A stretch of 24,000 bases of DNA from Smaragdicoccus niigatensis DSM 44881 = NBRC 103563 (GTDB lineage: Bacteria; Actinomycetota; Actinomycetes; Mycobacteriales; Mycobacteriaceae), in the NCBI RefSeq assembly GCF_000380645.1, contig NZ_AQXZ01000019.1, positions 624,761 through 648,760 of the forward strand, read 5' to 3'. The notes beneath the pieces were generated by a model. It was not told where the DNA came from. It searched no databases and worked only from the letters and a program-made list of their open reading frames with translations. Of the stretch, positions 21,606 to 24,000 are shown piece after piece (the stretch's first letter is position 1; the number at the start of each line of letters is the position of its first letter). The translations under genes were made by a program, and so were the position numbers.

Positions 21606-22775
21606 CTAGCCGCGGCGCGCGGGCTTCTTCCCCTTCAAACCCAGCCGACGACTCGCCTGGTCGAAGCGGTAGTACAGCTTCGGCGGCACGAAGGTCAGTA
21701 CCGCGGAACGCCGCAAACCGAGCAGCGCGATCATGATCTCCGGCGGGAGTTCGACATAGCGCGGCAAATGCTCGTACCACCGTGCGCTGCGGTAAGCCGC
21801 TCGGCCAGTGCTCTGGAGCGCTGACTTGCGTTCCCGTTCGTAGAGGTCGAGAGCCTCGTCGAGCGGGAGGTCCTCGTGCAGTAGGCGGGCCAGAACGGCG
21901 GCGTCCCCGAACGCCAATCGGGTGCCCGCTCCGATGGAGTAATGCGTGGTGTGGGCAGCGTCCCCGGCCAACACGAGGTTGCCGCGGTGCCACGTGCGGT
22001 TGGTCAGCGTGCGGAAGTTCAGCCAGTTCGCGGTCGTACCCGGGGTTACGCGACCCATCAGCGGGTGACCATCGAGAATGCTGGCGAACAACTTCTCCAG
22101 CATGCGGAGACAGTCCGTCTCGCTCATCCGATCGAACCCGAGTCCGTGCCAGGTTTTGGGAGCGCATTCGATGATGCAGGTGCTGCGGTCATCGCCGTAC
22201 TTGTAGCCGTAAGCCCAGACCCAGCCATGCTCGGTCTCGACGAAGAGATACGTGAACGGCTCGAAGACTTTGCTCGTGCCAAGCCACACGTAATAGTTCT
22301 GCCCCACTGCGAACTTTTCGCCGAAGTGGTCGGCGTGACGCTGGCGAAGCGCACTGTTGACGCCGTCACCGGCAAAGATGAGGTCGGCGTCGGCCAGTTC
22401 CTCCTCAGAGGTGATCTCGTGCTCGTATTCGATACGCACGCCAAGTTCGCGGGCACGTTCGGCCAGGATGTCGAGCAGTTGGCGACGGCCGATCCCCGAT
22501 CCTGGATCCCATCCCTCCTTGACCGTCGTGCAATCGCGCACGCCGATGGAATAGGAACTCCAGCGGGCGGCGCTTGCCTCGAGGCTGGCGGCTGACTCGG
22601 GATCGGCACGGCGAAGCTTCTTGAACAGACCTTTGGACATCGTCACGCCCCAGCCGTACGTGGAACCGGCCGCATTCCGTTCATAGACGGTGATGTCGTG
22701 GGAGGGGTCGCGCTTCTTCATCAAAATCGAGAAGTACAGGCCGGCGGGTCCACCGCCGACGCAGGCGACCTTCAT
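21606..22775 (-). CDS. FAD-dependent monooxygenase (UbiH/PheA-type flavoprotein hydroxylase family)
   Basis: 389 aa from the ATG at 22775 (GGAGG 5 nt upstream). N-terminal dinucleotide-binding motif KVACVGGGPAGLYFS. The second FAD motif is LVLAGDAAHTTHYSIGAGTRLAFGDA. Confidence 0.85.
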   Translation of the reverse strand: MKVACVGGGPAGLYFSILMKKRDPSHDITVYERNAAGSTYGWGVTMSKGLFKKLRRADPESAASLEASAARWSSYSIGVRDCTTVKEGWDPGSGIGRRQLLDILAERARELGVRIEYEHEITSEEELADADLIFAGDGVNSALRQRHADHFGEKFAVGQNYYVWLGTSKVFEPFTYLFVETEHGWVWAYGYKYGDDRSTCIIECAPKTWHGLGFDRMSETDCLRMLEKLFASILDGHPLMGRVTPGTTANWLNFRTLTNRTWHRGNLVLAGDAAHTTHYSIGAGTRLAFGDAAVLARLLHEDLPLDEALDLYERERKSALQSTGRAAYRSARWYEHLPRYVELPPEIMIALLGLRRSAVLTFVPPKLYYRFDQASRRLGLKGKKPARRG

Positions 22776-22857
22776 AGGAGCCTCCCCGGGTGACGCAGGC
22801 TGATCTACTTGCAACCCAGACTATTCGAGCAGACTCGAGCGCGTTGGCGGACGCTTT

Positions 22858-23802
22858 CTAAAGCATCAAGCGCACAAGATCTGCGGTGCGCTGCAGCCCC
22901 GGGAACGCCTCCGGCGTCGAGCGCGGGTGCATGGCGTGCACCGCCAGCCGGAACATGACCGCGCGCAGCAGCATCTGCGGCCATTCCGGCAGCTCTTCCC
23001 AACGCTCGAGCAGTCCGTCGTCGGCGCCGCCCCACGACAGCGCGTCAACCACGGAAACGGCGGCAGCCCACGGCGCAGGTCGCCAATACGGTGTGATGTC
23101 CGTGATTCCGGGCGTGCTCGTGCCGGTGAACAGCACAGTGCCGAACAGGTCGCCGTGCACGAGCTGCGGTGGCGTCTTGATCGGTTTGCGAAGCGACGCC
23201 AGGCGGACGATCGCGTCGACGCTGCGGGCGGTGTCCGGCGAACGCGTCTCCGGCGGCGCGATTCCGCGCATCACCCGCATCGGCTGGCTGTCCCAGGCAG
23301 CTCGATCTGCGGCGACGAACGTGTCGACCTGAATCCAGGGCGCGAGCGGACCCTGCGCGAGAAAGCGGGGACGTTCGAGGCCCGCCGTCGCGGCGTGCAG
23401 GCGGTTCGCGACGGAGACGACCTCGTCGTAGCGCGGCTCCGGAGTGCCCTCGATGAACGTGTCGCAGCGCCAACCCGACGCCACGTATCGACCATCAGTC
23501 GAACGAACCGGTCGAGCCAGGCGAACCCCCTCGAGCTGCAGGCCCTCGCGCACCTTCGCCGACCAGGCAGCGCGAGCGTGGTCCGCGACCGGCGTCAGCA
23601 CGACATCCCCACAGCGCCAGCCGCCGTCCCAGTCCAGCCCCAGCGGCTCTGGCTCGACGCCGCGCAGCCCGAAGGTCGACCGCACGTGTTCCGGCGGTGC
23701 AACTGTCGTGGAAAGGCTTGCTGCTGTGGTCACGAAATCCCAACCCCTCATGCTCGGATGCGATGCAGCAGGTGCCGGGATCACCGGACCTGCTGTCGGC
23801 AT
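22858..23802 (-). CDS. Conserved actinobacterial protein, aminoglycoside-phosphotransferase-like fold (TIGR02569/Rv3205c-like); alternative start at 23751
   Basis: 314-aa ORF. The kinase-like Brenner-type motif LVHGDLFGTVLF is present. It sits directly next to moeZ, as I recall for Rv3205c-Rv3206c in M. tuberculosis. The function call is weak; coding status is good. Confidence 0.6.
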   Translation of the reverse strand: MPTAGPVIPAPAASHPSMRGWDFVTTAASLSTTVAPPEHVRSTFGLRGVEPEPLGLDWDGGWRCGDVVLTPVADHARAAWSAKVREGLQLEGVRLARPVRSTDGRYVASGWRCDTFIEGTPEPRYDEVVSVANRLHAATAGLERPRFLAQGPLAPWIQVDTFVAADRAAWDSQPMRVMRGIAPPETRSPDTARSVDAIVRLASLRKPIKTPPQLVHGDLFGTVLFTGTSTPGITDITPYWRPAPWAAAVSVVDALSWGGADDGLLERWEELPEWPQMLLRAVMFRLAVHAMHPRSTPEAFPGLQRTADLVRLML

Positions 23803-23858
23803 GCATGAAAACGTAAGAGTCCGCGAGACCGCACGCGCCCGGAGACGCGCGAAGGTGA

Positions 23859-24000
23859 CTAATAAACAGGCAGAGTGTTATCGACCTGTTTTGCCCACGC
23901 AATCACGCCACCTTGCAGGTGCGATGCGTTCGAGAAGCCCGCCTTCTTCACCGCGGCGAGCACCTCGGCCGACCGGATTCCCGTCTTGCAGTGCAGCACA
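23859..24000 (-). CDS. moeZ: C-terminal rhodanese domain of adenylyltransferase/sulfurtransferase MoeZ/MoeB (5' part lies outside the window)
   Basis: Not in the supplied ORF track (too short). My translation of the minus strand gives VLHCKTGIRSAEVLAAVKKAGFSNASHLQGGVIAWAKQVDNTLPVY-stop (TAG at 23859-23861). This closely resembles the M. tuberculosis MoeZ C-terminus (YCKTGVRSAEALAAVKKAGFSDAVHLQGGIVAWAKQ) from memory. It includes the rhodanese active-site loop C-K-T-G-I-R. Confidence 0.7.
   Translation of the reverse strand, partial: VLHCKTGIRSAEVLAAVKKAGFSNASHLQGGVIAWAKQVDNTLPVY

Noticed and set aside
20983-22167. 394-aa minus-strand ORF spanning the narK-upstream spacer, the small ORF region and part of the FAD monooxygenase
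   Set aside because: It is out of frame with the FAD monooxygenase, which has clear GxGxxG and GD motifs, and it is extremely Arg/Pro-rich. It crosses a region that looks non-coding.
1-24000. Mobile-element or genomic-island signature around the CuMMO operon; CRISPR arrays; tRNA/rRNA genes
   Set aside because: There are no transposase, integrase or recombinase ORFs, no terminal inverted or direct repeats flanking 5341-8710, and no obvious GC shift by eye. There are no spacer-repeat arrays and no tRNA-like cloverleaf sequences. Horizontal origin cannot be excluded without compositional statistics and comparative genomics.

Overview
High-GC actinobacterial chromosome segment; the lysX fusion, an Rv0259c/Rv0260c-like pair and a TIGR02569-like/moeZ pair suggest Mycobacteriales. 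It is densely coding, with no tRNA, rRNA, CRISPR, transposase or integrase that I can see. Left to right: (1) the 3' end of narG followed by narH-narJ-narI (respiratory nitrate reductase, + strand, start/stop overlaps). (2) A convergent GabD2-like aldehyde dehydrogenase (- strand). (3) The standout: a complete copper membrane monooxygenase (CuMMO) operon in C-A-B order, from the pMMO/AMO/actinobacterial hydrocarbon monooxygenase superfamily. Copper-ligand motifs are intact in the C and B subunits, and a translationally coupled 77-aa single-pass membrane protein follows as a fourth gene (+ strand, 5594-8710). (4) A pirin, then lysX (MprF-like lysyl-PG synthase fused to class II LysRS). (5) A tightly coupled minus-strand chain nirB-nirD-(HemD::winged-helix fusion)-cbiX/sirB that runs directly into lysX. 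(6) Two tandem NarK-type nitrate/nitrite transporters separated by a 22-bp-stem hairpin. (7) A small putative 2-TM ORF, an FAD monooxygenase, a TIGR02569-like phosphotransferase-fold protein, and the C-terminal rhodanese end of moeZ/moeB. Non-coding signals: a perfect 9+3+9 palindrome in the divergent ALDH/CuMMO control region; a TACAAT -10 box with an approximately 90-nt leader before the C subunit; and a shared AAC direct-repeat element (including an identical 11-mer) at nearly the same distance upstream of nirB and of the first narK. That element fits an OmpR-family (GlnR-like) site. Substrate assignment for the CuMMO is not possible from sequence alone.
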